A DNA stretch of 64,000 bases from Chitinophaga pinensis (GCA_943368955.1 CALRLY020000009.1:8983-72982); one strand, 5' to 3'; positions 11,001 through 21,074 are shown, counted from the stretch's first letter. Program-made: numbers and translations. The notes: a model not told the origin generated them from the letters alone.

Positions 11001-11180
11001 ATTGTGCCCATACCCCAGCCAGAACTCGGTTCCCCTGTTGGAGCGGTTTTGAGCAGTAACACCTAGTGCCAGGAACATCAGCATACAGGCTGCAGCAACA
11101 ACAGCAGCATACCGGCCGCCTGCCTGCTTATGCAGTTGCAGAAGCGCCGGTTCAGTAATTAACGTTGTACAAACTCGCAA
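8085..11180 (-). CDS. T9SS-secreted surface protein: IgGFc-binding domain, about 3 PKD domains, gliding-motility (CHU_C/type B) C-terminal domain
   Basis: N-terminal SNRGTEFWLGYG; QQQIFPANTWGTRY; PKD motifs WTFPGG/WDLGNG/WNWGNG; CTD IPNAFSPNGDGINDVW...FNRWG...WNG. Start uncertain (TTG 11180 or ATG 11084). Confidence 0.85.
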   Translation of the reverse strand: MRVCTTLITEPALLQLHKQAGGRYAAVVAAACMLMFLALGVTAQNRSNRGTEFWLGYGHNVLFTQGNPANSQTHVLYLSTETAATVTVSVNGTSWSRTVMIPANSVDFSIVLPKTGAEDARLRNEGLSTRGIHIKSSVPVVAYAHQYGSVSSAATMLMPVETFGYSYYSLNYTQVSNFPDSYSWFYTVAAEDHTKLEITPADSTEGGWLPGVTYTVTLQRGEIYNVFGKRTGGLTGKDLTGSKIVSVSGTDGQCHPVAVFSGSSRNTICNGNGGEVIQQQIFPANTWGTRYLTYYGKVSLGDPLTAPFLNLYRVAVRKPNTVVKRNGVPLTGLINNFYYEFSSTGGDYIESDEPVLVSQYMVSSNQCSGTTDPPMGDPEMIYLSPVEQGVKKAVFYHTRNQAIDLNHVNIITKASGVSTLRIDGVAPSGAEVIPHPANPAYVVVVKRLAGAAAQHTITCDSTFIATLYGAGFYESYAYNTGTFVNNLNAYGSIQNTRNTAGTVDSFTCINAPFTLTARLAYRVNSLTWELGRVPELNGAATQTISNPQPVDSILLNSRKYFLYSCPVVLRLNRAGSIDIPITYSAPDIDACSNTEQAFLTVQVQPQPAIDFTVTGRLCANDTLQFSNRNPAGFTATEINWTFPGGVTFSGEQQQYRFPAAGLFPVQLQTVSSNGCIGDTTKTMELQHRPLALFRVDTAACAGTTVVIRDSSAVTGSTIQQWYWDLGNGTTTNQKPTNGYAFTYIDDGLYTIRLVTTSDRLCVSDTATQQIRIYKNPVAQFSISGPVCVGDSLRVTDASAPGSAPLAKWRWNWGNGNTSVTTSPLPFYHTYPADGQYRVELMAEDTNGCVGLQNIQQAIVHPLPNVNAGTNQLIVAGTPVVLNATVGNAAVHRFVWTPATGLNNPQLLTPVATPGTSTWYTLTATHQTQGCSASDSVFVEVISGLYIPNAFSPNGDGINDVWRIPGLQAYPEAEVTLFNRWGQELLRRRQYNTNPWNGTYKGAAVPAGLYIYLIRLNNGTGEVRKGTISVLR

Positions 11181-11763
11181 GTTCCATCAGTTCTTTAATG
11201 TTCACCGCATTCGTTTTTTCGTAGATGCGGCTCTTAATCGTGGATACCGTATTCATTTTCAGGTTCAGCACCTCCGATATGTCTTTTGTTCCCATTCCTT
11301 TCAGTACATAATGCATGACTTCCAGTTCCCGGGGTGCGAGGGAAGAAAACGGATTCTGCCGCTGCAGAAAGACGGGTCCGGGTTCTTCTGCGGGTTCATT
11401 TTCCAGGAACCGTGTGAGTACTTTAATGATTTCTTCTTCGCCGGCCGTTTTGGAAAGATAGTAATGAATATCATATTGCTTCAGCGCCTCGGCATACACT
11501 TCGGCCGGTTGCATCGAAAAAATAAGTAACTGCAGGTGGGGATATACACGCCGGATGTTGGGAATAATTTCCAGTGAGTTGCCATCGGCCAGGATGATGT
11601 CAAGGACAAGATGTGTGTATTTTTTCTTCACCAGTTCTTTCATCACTTCATGGCAAAAGCTCACTTCGGTTACCTGCTGCTGGCCCAGGTTCACCTGCAG
11701 GTACAGTTTCATTCCTTTGCGGATCATACTGTGATCATCTGCTATGAGAATTTCCTTTTGCAT
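11152..11763 (-). CDS. NarL/LuxR-family response regulator
   Basis: Receiver ILIADDH...LVLDI...SK plus LuxR HTH LAPRELEVM...KDISEVLNLKMNTVSTIKSRIYEK. Confidence 0.93.
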   Translation of the reverse strand: MQKEILIADDHSMIRKGMKLYLQVNLGQQQVTEVSFCHEVMKELVKKKYTHLVLDIILADGNSLEIIPNIRRVYPHLQLLIFSMQPAEVYAEALKQYDIHYYLSKTAGEEEIIKVLTRFLENEPAEEPGPVFLQRQNPFSSLAPRELEVMHYVLKGMGTKDISEVLNLKMNTVSTIKSRIYEKTNAVNIKELMELASLYNVNY

Positions 11764-11775
11764 GGTTGATAACTA

Positions 11776-14700
11776 CTAACGTATTAATGTAAACGATCCT
11801 TTGACGGTCTCTTTTTTATCGTTGTTCAGAATGATCAGGTAGGTAAACAGCCCCGGCGGCTGGGAAACTCCTTTGATGGTACCATCCCACGGCCTTGTAT
11901 TGTAGTTACGGCTGCGCAGGATTTGTTGTCCCCACCGGTTGTACACAATCACCTCTGCATCGGGGTATAGTTCCAGTCCGGGAATACGCCACACATCATT
12001 CACCCCGTCGCCATTGGGTGTAAAGGCATTGGGAATAAAGAGCTTTGAAATGACTGCTACCGTTACATTGTCAATTGCTGTACAAAGGCTGGTGCGGTTT
12101 ACCACACGTATCGTATACCGGGTGGTGGAGTCGGGCGAAGCCAACGGGTTGAGGATGGATGTGTTGTTGAGTCCGCTTGGGGGCGACCAGTTGATCTGGT
12201 AGTCGGCTGCATTACTCAAGCTGCCCCGGATTACTACTGTTCCGCCAGGGTTTATAAAGAAATCGGGCCCCGCATCCAGGTCGGGTGCCGGAGAAATCTG
12301 CACTGTTCTTGTGGTAAGGGCCGAACCGCATCCGGCTGTATCAATCACAGCAAGTGTGATTGTGTAGGTTCCGGCTGTGGTATAACTGTGCGTGAAGGGC
12401 GGACGCTGGTTGCTGCTGCCACTGCCGAGGTTCCAGTTCCACTGGCGTATCGTTCCGGGATCTGATGCATTCAGCACCAATGGTTTGTTGACACAGAGTG
12501 TGTCGCCGGTAATGGTAAAGGAAGCAATAGGATTGGGGCGGATGGCCGGGACCGTTACCATCACCGTATCACTGCTGCAGCCTGGTCCTGTGCTTACGGC
12601 ATGCCGGATGGTATAGCCGGTTGCAGCAGGAGCAAAGCTGCGTACAAAAGCCGGGCTGGTGGTGCTGGTAGTTGTAAATCCTTCGCTGGTATTCCAGTAC
12701 CAGGTAGTGGGCACCGTATTGTTGAACGGTGTGGAAGAAGTGAACGTAAAACTGCTGTCGGCACAGGGTAATCCGCTCACTGTAAATATTGCCGAAGGCA
12801 ACGCTGCTACCACCACCTGCCGACTGATGGTATCACTTACACAACCCAATGAGGAAGCAACAGACAGACGTACCGTGTACGTTCCCGTAGCCGGATACCG
12901 ATAGTAAATCGGTTGGTTGCTGGTATTTACTTGTGTAACTCCGTTTCCGAAATTCCAGGAGTAGGCGCTGATGGTTCCAATGTTGAGTTGCGATTGATCG
13001 GTGAAGCGGATGGAATCGCCGATACAGATGTTTCTGTCGAACAGGAAACCTGCTACCGGTTTTTCACGAATGAGCACAGTGCGGGTAACCGGTTCACTGG
13101 CACAGTTACCGGCCGATACAGCTGCCAGGCTTACGCTATAAGTTCCGGGTTGTGTATACGCATAACGAAAAGCAGCATTGTTGGTGCTGTTGACAACCGT
13201 ACCATCGCCGAAGTTCCACTGCCAGTTGCTGATGGTTCCGGGTGTTAAGGTGGAGTTGTCGGTAAATGTAAGTGAGTCGCCGGCGCAGGCTTCGGTTTTG
13301 CTGATAGTGAAAGCAGCCACCGGTTTCACCGACACTACTAATGTTTTGGTAAGCGTATCGCTTACACAACCGTTGGCAGATTGTACAGCCAGCTGCACAT
13401 TATAGTTGCCGGTGCCGGCAAATTTGTAGCGGAAGGGAGTTCCGTTGGTGTTGGTTCTGCTGTTGCCATCGCCAAAGTTCCAGTACCAGGAGGTGATGGT
13501 TCCGCTGCTGATGGAAGAGGTATCAACAATCAATACAGAATCGGCGGCATTGATACAGTTGTTCCGGTCGAATCCGAAGCGGGCTACCGGGGTTGGAGCA
13601 ACGGTAATGGTGCGGAACACCGTATCGCTTTTGCAGCCACCGGTACCTGTTACCACCAGGAAGGCTGTAAACGTGCCGGCTGTGGCATACCGGTGTGTAA
13701 CCGGGTTGGCATTGGTGGTGGTGACCGTATTTCCGTCGCCGAAATGCCAGTTGCGGCTGGTGAGGCTGCCGGCGGGTGTGGAGTTATCAGTAAACACAAG
13801 GTCTTTGTTCTGGCACACCGATGCAGCGGCTGCAAAAGCAGCCAACGGTTTAGGGTTGACGGTTATGCTGCGGGAACTGGTATCGCTGCATCCGATGGAT
13901 GATTGCACCACCAGGGAAGTGGTATAGGTTCCTTGTGCCGTGTAAGCATACAGGAATGGGTTGTTGCTGCTGTTGGTGCGGGTGTTTCCATCCCCAAAAT
14001 TCCAGTTCCAACGGATGATGCTGCCCGATGCAACCAAAGAACTGTCGGTGAACCGGATGGAATCGCCCAGGCAGGCGGCATTGCTGATGCCGAACTTCGA
14101 AACCGGTTTTGTACTGATCTGCACGGTGCGCAGCACTGTATCGCTGATGCAGCCCTTGTCGGATACGGTCACCAGCCGGACGGTGTACGTTCCTGCCGCT
14201 GCATACCGGTGAGCAACGGGGTTGGCGTTGGTGGTTGTTATGGTGCGTCCGTCGCCAAAACTCCACCACCGGGTGCTGATGCTGCCCACGCCAATGGTGG
14301 TACTGTCGCTCACCCGTATGGAGTCGCCCACACAGGTGCTGCCCAGAATACCGAAGGCCGCTGCCGGTTTGCTGTTAAGCGGAATGGTTTTGGTGGTATC
14401 GTGTGTGCAGCCGTTATCCGCAATAAGGGTATAAGTAATCACCTGCGGGTCGTTATTAGCAAATTTCTTTGCCGCATTTTCGGTTGTTTGCGTGGTATTG
14501 TCGGAAAAGTCCCACCGGTAGCGGTTGATGTTAAATCCTTTTTTATCCGACGTGCCGGTGAAAAATACAGTATCAATGGCACAGCCCTGTCCGCCCACCT
14601 CGAAATCGGCAACAGGTCCCGGCCGCACCTCAACTTCAATTTCTGCAAATTCTGTTTGAGCGCAGTTTTCAATGACTGCGGCCGAGTAGGTTACGGGAAT

Positions 14701-16428
14701 CACATACTTCCCCGGTTGTGTGAACACAAAGTCACGGTTGAGGGAGTACACGTAATACGTACGCTTATTGATTTCTTCTGTCCGAACCGGAACAGGGTTG
14801 TTCAGTGTGGTATCGTTACCGGGCGTAACGCCGGGGATACCGCTCAGCTGCCAGGTGATGGATGTGGCGGGAAAGGCCAGTTTGGCAAACAGTTTCACCG
14901 GCGTATTGGTGCAGGTAAAGGTGTCGGTGGCGGGGGTGGTTTTTAAGGTGTTTTCAAGAGAACTGTAGTTGTTGAGGTTTTTGATAAAGGTGCCGATATT
15001 GTATCCGTAGCTTTCGAAGAGCCCCAGTCCGTACACCGTTCCGTTAAAAACCGAATCGCAGGTGATGCGGTGCTGTGCTGCTGCTCCGGTAAGCCGGGCC
15101 ACGGCAACGGAATAGCCGGGCAGGTTGGGGTGTGCTTTAGTGTTGACAGGATTAAAGGGATTGCCATTCAACCGCAGGGAGGCAAGTCCAGCCGTAGGAA
15201 CAATTACATTAATATAATTATAATCAATGAAGCGGTTGCGGGTGGCATAAAACAACACGTCTTTTTTTCCCTGTTCCAGGGGTGAGAGGTACCACATCTC
15301 CGGATCGCCATAAGCGGTGGAGCTGAGCATGTGACAGCGGTTGCCGCCGGGGGTATATTGCGCCATCAGCACGGGCTTGTCGGCTTCAATATAATCGCCG
15401 CCTGTACTGTCGAGGTATTCATAATACCGGTTATTGATGATGCCGGTCATGATCGTACCATTGCGTTGTACCACGGTTGATGGATCATCCACCAATATGC
15501 GGTAAAAGTTTTTAAACGGGTCGTTGATGTTGGTGGAGGTGTTGTTGAGGGTATGGTAGGTAAGATAGCGGGTACCCCATGCCTGTGCCGGAAACACCTG
15601 TTGCTGCATCACTTCCCCTCCATCGCCGTAACACAGCCGGATGCCGCTGCTGCCCGAAAACAAGGCAATGGGGTGGCATTTGCCATCAGCCCCGGGTACA
15701 GAAAGCACCTTGCTGCCGGTAAGATCTTTACTGGCGGCATTCAGCGAGCTGCCGCTGCCCAGCTTTCCCATTACGTTATAAATCTGTCCTTTATTCAGGT
15801 TCACCGTATACGTTTGGCCGGGCAGCCATCCGTTGCGTGTGGTGTCGGAAGGAGTGATTTCAAGCCGGGTGTTATTTTCGGTGGCAATCACATAAAACCA
15901 GGCGTACCAGGAGGGGCCGTTTTGGGTGAAGGTGGCAGGAGGGTTCGGGGGTTTGGATCCCGACTGTGATTGAGAATAGTTCAGTGAAAAGTATTTGTAG
16001 CCAAACGTTTCTGCGGGCATCAGCATGGTGGCACCCGATACCTGTGTGTTGTACACATGGGCATAGGCTACAATCGGGGTATCACTTACAATATGTATGG
16101 CCCGGTCAAAGGTTCCTTCCGTAAACATACGGGCATCGGCAACTCCTGATTTGGGAATGATAACGGCAGCGTTAACAGTGTTGGCCGGAATATTAACCGT
16201 TTGACTCCACGTGGTGTTCGTAACCGATACCGTTACTCTGGCAGGGGCATCGGTACTCAGGTATAACACAAGATCCTGGGTATTGGTGGGGGGCTCAAAA
16301 TCAAAGGTCCAGCAATAGCCGTATCCCAGCCAGAACTCTTTTCCCCGGTTGGACTTATCCTGTGCTTCAGCTGGTAAAAGAGCCAACAGCAGCATGGAAA
16401 TGGATATGAAAAGCACACAACGCTTCAT
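11776..16428 (-). CDS. Large T9SS-secreted surface protein: IgGFc-binding domain, about 9 PKD domains, CHU_C CTD
   Basis: Signal peptide; SNRGKEFWLGYG; QQQVFPAQAWGTRY; repeated W[NSH]FGDG PKD motifs; CTD IPNAFTPNGDGVNDVW...YNRWG. Paralog of 8085-11180. Confidence 0.88.
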   Translation of the reverse strand: MKRCVLFISISMLLLALLPAEAQDKSNRGKEFWLGYGYCWTFDFEPPTNTQDLVLYLSTDAPARVTVSVTNTTWSQTVNIPANTVNAAVIIPKSGVADARMFTEGTFDRAIHIVSDTPIVAYAHVYNTQVSGATMLMPAETFGYKYFSLNYSQSQSGSKPPNPPATFTQNGPSWYAWFYVIATENNTRLEITPSDTTRNGWLPGQTYTVNLNKGQIYNVMGKLGSGSSLNAASKDLTGSKVLSVPGADGKCHPIALFSGSSGIRLCYGDGGEVMQQQVFPAQAWGTRYLTYHTLNNTSTNINDPFKNFYRILVDDPSTVVQRNGTIMTGIINNRYYEYLDSTGGDYIEADKPVLMAQYTPGGNRCHMLSSTAYGDPEMWYLSPLEQGKKDVLFYATRNRFIDYNYINVIVPTAGLASLRLNGNPFNPVNTKAHPNLPGYSVAVARLTGAAAQHRITCDSVFNGTVYGLGLFESYGYNIGTFIKNLNNYSSLENTLKTTPATDTFTCTNTPVKLFAKLAFPATSITWQLSGIPGVTPGNDTTLNNPVPVRTEEINKRTYYVYSLNRDFVFTQPGKYVIPVTYSAAVIENCAQTEFAEIEVEVRPGPVADFEVGGQGCAIDTVFFTGTSDKKGFNINRYRWDFSDNTTQTTENAAKKFANNDPQVITYTLIADNGCTHDTTKTIPLNSKPAAAFGILGSTCVGDSIRVSDSTTIGVGSISTRWWSFGDGRTITTTNANPVAHRYAAAGTYTVRLVTVSDKGCISDTVLRTVQISTKPVSKFGISNAACLGDSIRFTDSSLVASGSIIRWNWNFGDGNTRTNSSNNPFLYAYTAQGTYTTSLVVQSSIGCSDTSSRSITVNPKPLAAFAAAASVCQNKDLVFTDNSTPAGSLTSRNWHFGDGNTVTTTNANPVTHRYATAGTFTAFLVVTGTGGCKSDTVFRTITVAPTPVARFGFDRNNCINAADSVLIVDTSSISSGTITSWYWNFGDGNSRTNTNGTPFRYKFAGTGNYNVQLAVQSANGCVSDTLTKTLVVSVKPVAAFTISKTEACAGDSLTFTDNSTLTPGTISNWQWNFGDGTVVNSTNNAAFRYAYTQPGTYSVSLAAVSAGNCASEPVTRTVLIREKPVAGFLFDRNICIGDSIRFTDQSQLNIGTISAYSWNFGNGVTQVNTSNQPIYYRYPATGTYTVRLSVASSLGCVSDTISRQVVVAALPSAIFTVSGLPCADSSFTFTSSTPFNNTVPTTWYWNTSEGFTTTSTTSPAFVRSFAPAATGYTIRHAVSTGPGCSSDTVMVTVPAIRPNPIASFTITGDTLCVNKPLVLNASDPGTIRQWNWNLGSGSSNQRPPFTHSYTTAGTYTITLAVIDTAGCGSALTTRTVQISPAPDLDAGPDFFINPGGTVVIRGSLSNAADYQINWSPPSGLNNTSILNPLASPDSTTRYTIRVVNRTSLCTAIDNVTVAVISKLFIPNAFTPNGDGVNDVWRIPGLELYPDAEVIVYNRWGQQILRSRNYNTRPWDGTIKGVSQPPGLFTYLIILNNDKKETVKGSFTLIR

Positions 16429-16553
16429 GCAACAGGAGCCAATATTCAGATTTTTAAGGAACAGGCTTAGTAGAATTAATTCTACAAATTATCAAATAGT
16501 TCTGTGTTAACCTTGTCCCGATTTTAGATTTTATCTTCTTTAAACTAAGCAAA

Positions 16554-19500
16554 ATGACCAACTTCTGCTTTGGGAAAACGCAGCGTTTTCTGCTGCTGCT
16601 TTCATTTTCCCTCTTTACGTTGATTGTACAAGCGCAAACTACATTCAACACCACCAACTGGCGATATAGTAATCCCAGGCAATTCGGCTTTACAATTCTC
16701 GACCTTGATTTTTTTGATGACAACCGGGGAATTGCAGTAGGAGCCGGAGGACTTTCCTATACGAGAGATGGTGGCAAATCATGGATCTATGGTCCGCTTA
16801 CCTATGTGAATGCTGCTGGTCAGGTAACTGTTACCACCCTTAATGATGTTCACTTTATAACATCCGGAACAGCCTATGTGGTGGGCAACTCGGGTATGAT
16901 GGCCAAAACCACAGACGGAGGTGCCACCTGGTCGTTTGTAACCACACCTCTTTTTAATAACAGTCGTAATATCAATGCCGTTTGGTTTGTAAATGAAAAT
17001 ACAGGCTATATCGGCGGACAATGGAATACATCTGATTCCATTCCCAAATTATATGTTACCCGCAATGGTGGTGCCTCCTGGGACTCCATCAGTGCACCCA
17101 TCGGGGGTAAAACAAGGGTGGGCTATATCAACAACCCCAACCTGGCCCCCATTGATCTGGATATCAATGCCAAGGGCAAGGAAATTTTTCGGATTGAGTT
17201 CCTGGATGAAAGCACCGGCTATGTTTCTGGTAGTGGCAGCAGCATCTTTATTCCCATAACCCGTGCCAATGCCAACTGTACTGCTGCTACTACAACTGTT
17301 ACTACCGGTTCTAACAATGCGTCTTTACTCTGGAAGGTAAAAAATGGAGTACTTACCGATTATTCGTTGAGTAAAGAACGCTTAGGGTATACGGGAATTA
17401 ATAACAATACCATCGCCTGTACTACCTTATATGGTACCATAACGCCACAGTCGCAGCAATTCAGGGCGATGAATATCATCAACGACTCTACGGTAGTATT
17501 GATGTCGTTTAATAACAATGTTGTGGTGAAGGTGATGACCGGTGTGAACGACAGTACCCGGAACATCAACCTTCCTTCTGCTTTTGAAAAGGGCCGGTAT
17601 CAGCTGCTCAATTTTCCATTTCCCCCCACACAGGGTCCGCAAGCCGGGCCTTCCATACCTAGCCCGCAAGTGCTGAATGCATCCAATCCTTACGTAATTG
17701 TAAGAGCTGCTAATGGAAAACTGTTTGCTACGTCTGGCTCCAGTACTTTTGCTCCGGAAAACCGTATCTGGACATCCATTGATACCGGCAGAAACTGGGT
17801 ACAAGAGCGCAGTTTGCCCACAGGCGAAAATTTCAGCACCTTCACCACCTGGGTGTTGGAAATTACACCCACCGGCCGCTTTGTAGCGGGCGGCGATAAC
17901 GGTGTGGTTTCTGATTCCATACCTGGTGGTCGGTGGGCCAGTACCTACAAGACCAACCCCGTAGCGTTAACATCTGTAGATATTGACTTTCCTGATTGTG
18001 ATAATGGAATTGCGGTAGGCGGCGCATCTATTACTGTTACAGAAGACGGCGGAAAAACCTGGCAGGATAAACGACGTGCCGATTTTGCGAATCTGAATAT
18101 CAGTATTACCGGTATTTCCTACGTAAGTCCCGGCCGTGCCTACCTTACTACCAATGCCGGAACCTTGTACATTACAACCGATAAGGGCACCACACTGGAT
18201 CCATTGTATGCCAATGCCAACCTGCAGATTGATGATGTGGCTGCCATTGGAAATGATACCATCTGGGCTGTTGCTTACAGTGCTTTTTCTGTTCCTGCAG
18301 CCAACCGCACTTCATCTGTACTTCGTTCTGTTGACGGTGGTGCTACCTGGCAGCAGGTGGGTGGTTTTCCGGTGGGCACCACTTCTCCCCGCATCAGCCG
18401 CATGAGTTTTGCCAACCGTCAGGTTGGATACATTGCCGGTTCCCGCAATGCAGTATATAAAACTACCGATGGCGGTGTTACCTGGACGAATATCAGTCCG
18501 TTCCCTTCTTTGAACAACGCTCCAACCGGCTTCGCCAGTGCGTTTGTTACCTACCAGGAAATTCAGGCGCTGGATGAAAATACAGTGGTTGTCATTGGTA
18601 ATATGTTCACCAACACCGGTGTGCGCCGTGTATATAAAACCACCGATGGCGGTGCCACCTGGCAGGATATTACCGGAAATATTGCAACCGATTCTCCCGG
18701 AAACATTGTGGGTCTGCGCATGCATGATGGCAACAATGGTTATGTAACGTCTGGCAACAATCTTTTTAAAACAACGAATGGTGGTGCTACCTGGGTAAAA
18801 GATATCGCTCCTGCCACTAATATTTTTGAAACCCTTGGTTTTGCGCCTTCCAAAGTAGCGCCTTCAGTAGCTATGGAAAACAGGCTCTTGTTTGTAACCG
18901 GTATTTCTGTGCCACGTGCAAACGGAACCATGATGGAATATGGCGACACTACGTTGCTGAATGTTACAAGTTCCGTAACAGTAACAAATGCCTCCTGTAC
19001 CAACCCGAATGGCGGAAGCATTACCGTAACAGCCAATGGAGGTATCAGACCATATTCTTACAGCATTAACGGGGTTACCTACCAGCCGTCCAACGTATTC
19101 TCCGGTTTAACGCAGGGGGCACGTACCGTGTATATCCGTGATGCTTATTGTAACCTCGATTCGTTGCCGGCACAGGTTGGCTTTATCAACAACCTGACCG
19201 TGGCCGTGAGTCCTGCCGATACTTCTGTCTGCTCCGGTGCACCTGTTCCCTTACGTGCAACAGCTACCCAGGGTGCCAGCTTTGCCTGGGCGCCTGCTTC
19301 TAATCTATCGGCTGCCAACATCAGTAACCCCGTGGCTACACCAACTGCTCCGGTACAATATACTGTAACAGCAACCCTGAACGGTTGTACCGCAACAGCT
19401 ACTGCTACGGTTGGCATCCGTCCCAATCCGTTTGTAACTGCGGGTGAAGACAAAACCATCCTTGCGGGTACCAGCGTTATGCTGAACGGAAATGGCGACC

Positions 19501-19943
19501 GCACCAATACCACTTCGATTCAATGGGCGCCGAATGTGAATGTTACCGGCGGCAATACCTTTACCCCGGTGGTGAAGCCTGCAAATACCACAACGTATAC
19601 CATCACCGTTCGCAACAGGGATAATTGTACTTCCACCGATCAGGCAACAGTTACCGTTATTCCGTATTGCGCCAAGGTAATGAAAGCCTTTACGCCCAAC
19701 GGCGATGGTGTGAATGACCGCTGGGTGGTTACCGATGGAACGGCCTGCGTTACAAGAGTGGCCGTAACCGTTTTCAACCGTTCCGGTATCATCGTGTACA
19801 AAAACGACAACTACCAGAACGATTGGGACGGAACCTTCAAAGGAAAAGCAATTCCCGACGGTACGTATTATTATTCTGTATCCTACTACCTGATCAGCGG
19901 TACGGTATCGCTGCTCACCGGTGATGTAACCATTCTTCGTTAA
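16554..19943 (+). CDS. T9SS-secreted Asp-box (BNR/YCF48-like) beta-propeller protein with SprB-type repeat and CHU_C CTD
   Basis: About 10 Asp-box motifs (e.g. KTTDGGATW, RSVDGGATW), SprB-like YSYSINGVTYQPSNVFSGL, CTD AFTPNGDGVNDRW. Confidence 0.85.
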   Translation: MTNFCFGKTQRFLLLLSFSLFTLIVQAQTTFNTTNWRYSNPRQFGFTILDLDFFDDNRGIAVGAGGLSYTRDGGKSWIYGPLTYVNAAGQVTVTTLNDVHFITSGTAYVVGNSGMMAKTTDGGATWSFVTTPLFNNSRNINAVWFVNENTGYIGGQWNTSDSIPKLYVTRNGGASWDSISAPIGGKTRVGYINNPNLAPIDLDINAKGKEIFRIEFLDESTGYVSGSGSSIFIPITRANANCTAATTTVTTGSNNASLLWKVKNGVLTDYSLSKERLGYTGINNNTIACTTLYGTITPQSQQFRAMNIINDSTVVLMSFNNNVVVKVMTGVNDSTRNINLPSAFEKGRYQLLNFPFPPTQGPQAGPSIPSPQVLNASNPYVIVRAANGKLFATSGSSTFAPENRIWTSIDTGRNWVQERSLPTGENFSTFTTWVLEITPTGRFVAGGDNGVVSDSIPGGRWASTYKTNPVALTSVDIDFPDCDNGIAVGGASITVTEDGGKTWQDKRRADFANLNISITGISYVSPGRAYLTTNAGTLYITTDKGTTLDPLYANANLQIDDVAAIGNDTIWAVAYSAFSVPAANRTSSVLRSVDGGATWQQVGGFPVGTTSPRISRMSFANRQVGYIAGSRNAVYKTTDGGVTWTNISPFPSLNNAPTGFASAFVTYQEIQALDENTVVVIGNMFTNTGVRRVYKTTDGGATWQDITGNIATDSPGNIVGLRMHDGNNGYVTSGNNLFKTTNGGATWVKDIAPATNIFETLGFAPSKVAPSVAMENRLLFVTGISVPRANGTMMEYGDTTLLNVTSSVTVTNASCTNPNGGSITVTANGGIRPYSYSINGVTYQPSNVFSGLTQGARTVYIRDAYCNLDSLPAQVGFINNLTVAVSPADTSVCSGAPVPLRATATQGASFAWAPASNLSAANISNPVATPTAPVQYTVTATLNGCTATATATVGIRPNPFVTAGEDKTILAGTSVMLNGNGDRTNTTSIQWAPNVNVTGGNTFTPVVKPANTTTYTITVRNRDNCTSTDQATVTVIPYCAKVMKAFTPNGDGVNDRWVVTDGTACVTRVAVTVFNRSGIIVYKNDNYQNDWDGTFKGKAIPDGTYYYSVSYYLISGTVSLLTGDVTILR

Positions 19944-19954
19944 CGCAAATTCAA

Positions 19955-20863
19955 ATGAATCTGAATATGAAAAAGATAGTCATGGCGCTCCTCACGGTAT
20001 GTTTGGCTTTCCAGGCAGGCGCCCAGCAATTACAAACTTCTTCGTTGTATGATATGCAGGGTGTATTGCACAACCCATCCACTGCCGGTGTGAATTATTC
20101 AAAAATGATCGGGGCTACATACCGTACACAATGGAACGGTATCAGTGGTGCTCCCCGTACGGCCACTGTTTTTGGCTCGTTTGATTTGCCAGATCAAAAA
20201 CTTGGGCTGGGTGGTTATCTCTATAGCGATAAAACAGGACCTACTTCCCGTACCGGCCTGCAGCTGGCTGTTGCCAAGCACATACCGGTGGGCGATGATG
20301 GTAATTTTTCTTTGGGTATTGAAGGCCGCTTTCAGCAGTTTTCCATTAACAAAAGTGAGCTCTCAGACCAGCTTGGGAATGATCCGGCGATCGGGGCTGC
20401 CAATAACCGCCTCAAGGCCGATGCCGGATTTGGTATGTCTTATACCAACAAAAAATTCCAGATCGGGGCTTCTGTTTCACAATTACTGCAGAGCAAACTC
20501 AATTTTTATGAGGGCAACCTCAGCACCAGTGCACAAGCCCGCCTGTACCGTCATTATTATTTTCACGGATCTTACAACTGGCAAACAGATGCCGAAACAG
20601 TCATTCGACCCAATGTGTTAGTGATTTACCTGCCCAATGCCCCAACCGAAGTGCAAACCGGTGTGCGGGTTGAGCACAAAAACGTTTTCTGGTGGGGAGC
20701 TGCCTGGCGCTGGAAACAGCAGGTGATGCTTTCTGCAGGGGTGAACGTCGGTAAAAATTTCAACATCGGGTATTCCTTTGATGTGTACCAACGGCCTGTA
20801 CAAACCGTATACGGTGGCTTGTTTGGTCACGAATTTCTGCTTCGTTACAGCATTTCAAAATAA
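19955..20863 (+). CDS. PorP/SprF-family T9SS outer-membrane protein
   Basis: NPSTAG, YRTQWNGISGAPRTAT, DKTGPTSRT, C-terminal GYSFD...HEFLLRY; lies directly after a type-B CTD gene. Confidence 0.9.
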   Translation: MNLNMKKIVMALLTVCLAFQAGAQQLQTSSLYDMQGVLHNPSTAGVNYSKMIGATYRTQWNGISGAPRTATVFGSFDLPDQKLGLGGYLYSDKTGPTSRTGLQLAVAKHIPVGDDGNFSLGIEGRFQQFSINKSELSDQLGNDPAIGAANNRLKADAGFGMSYTNKKFQIGASVSQLLQSKLNFYEGNLSTSAQARLYRHYYFHGSYNWQTDAETVIRPNVLVIYLPNAPTEVQTGVRVEHKNVFWWGAAWRWKQQVMLSAGVNVGKNFNIGYSFDVYQRPVQTVYGGLFGHEFLLRYSISK

Positions 20864-20918
20864 GTGGATTGAAAAACCATCCGGCATCTTGTTGTCCGGT
20901 TACTCGGTTTACCTGTAC

Positions 20919-20944
20919 GGCCCGCTTCGGCGGGCCTTTTTTTT
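20919..20944 (+). terminator. Intrinsic terminator
   Basis: GGCCCGC-TTCG-GCGGGCC followed by T8. Confidence 0.9.
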
Positions 20945-21074
20945 GCCGTTACGGCCATTGTGACATAGGTTACTGGAAGCCGATTCAACTGGTTAGATAT
21001 TTGCAGTCTGTTGTTCGGTACTGTAAATTGAGCAACAGTTGTAAACAAAACGTATCATCTTAAAAAAACAAACT

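Noticed and set aside
8085-16428. Similar segments in the two adhesin genes as a possible DGR template/variable repeat or recombination cassette
   Set aside because: Differences are scattered and largely synonymous, not adenine-specific, and there is no reverse transcriptase or recombinase nearby. This is ordinary paralogy.
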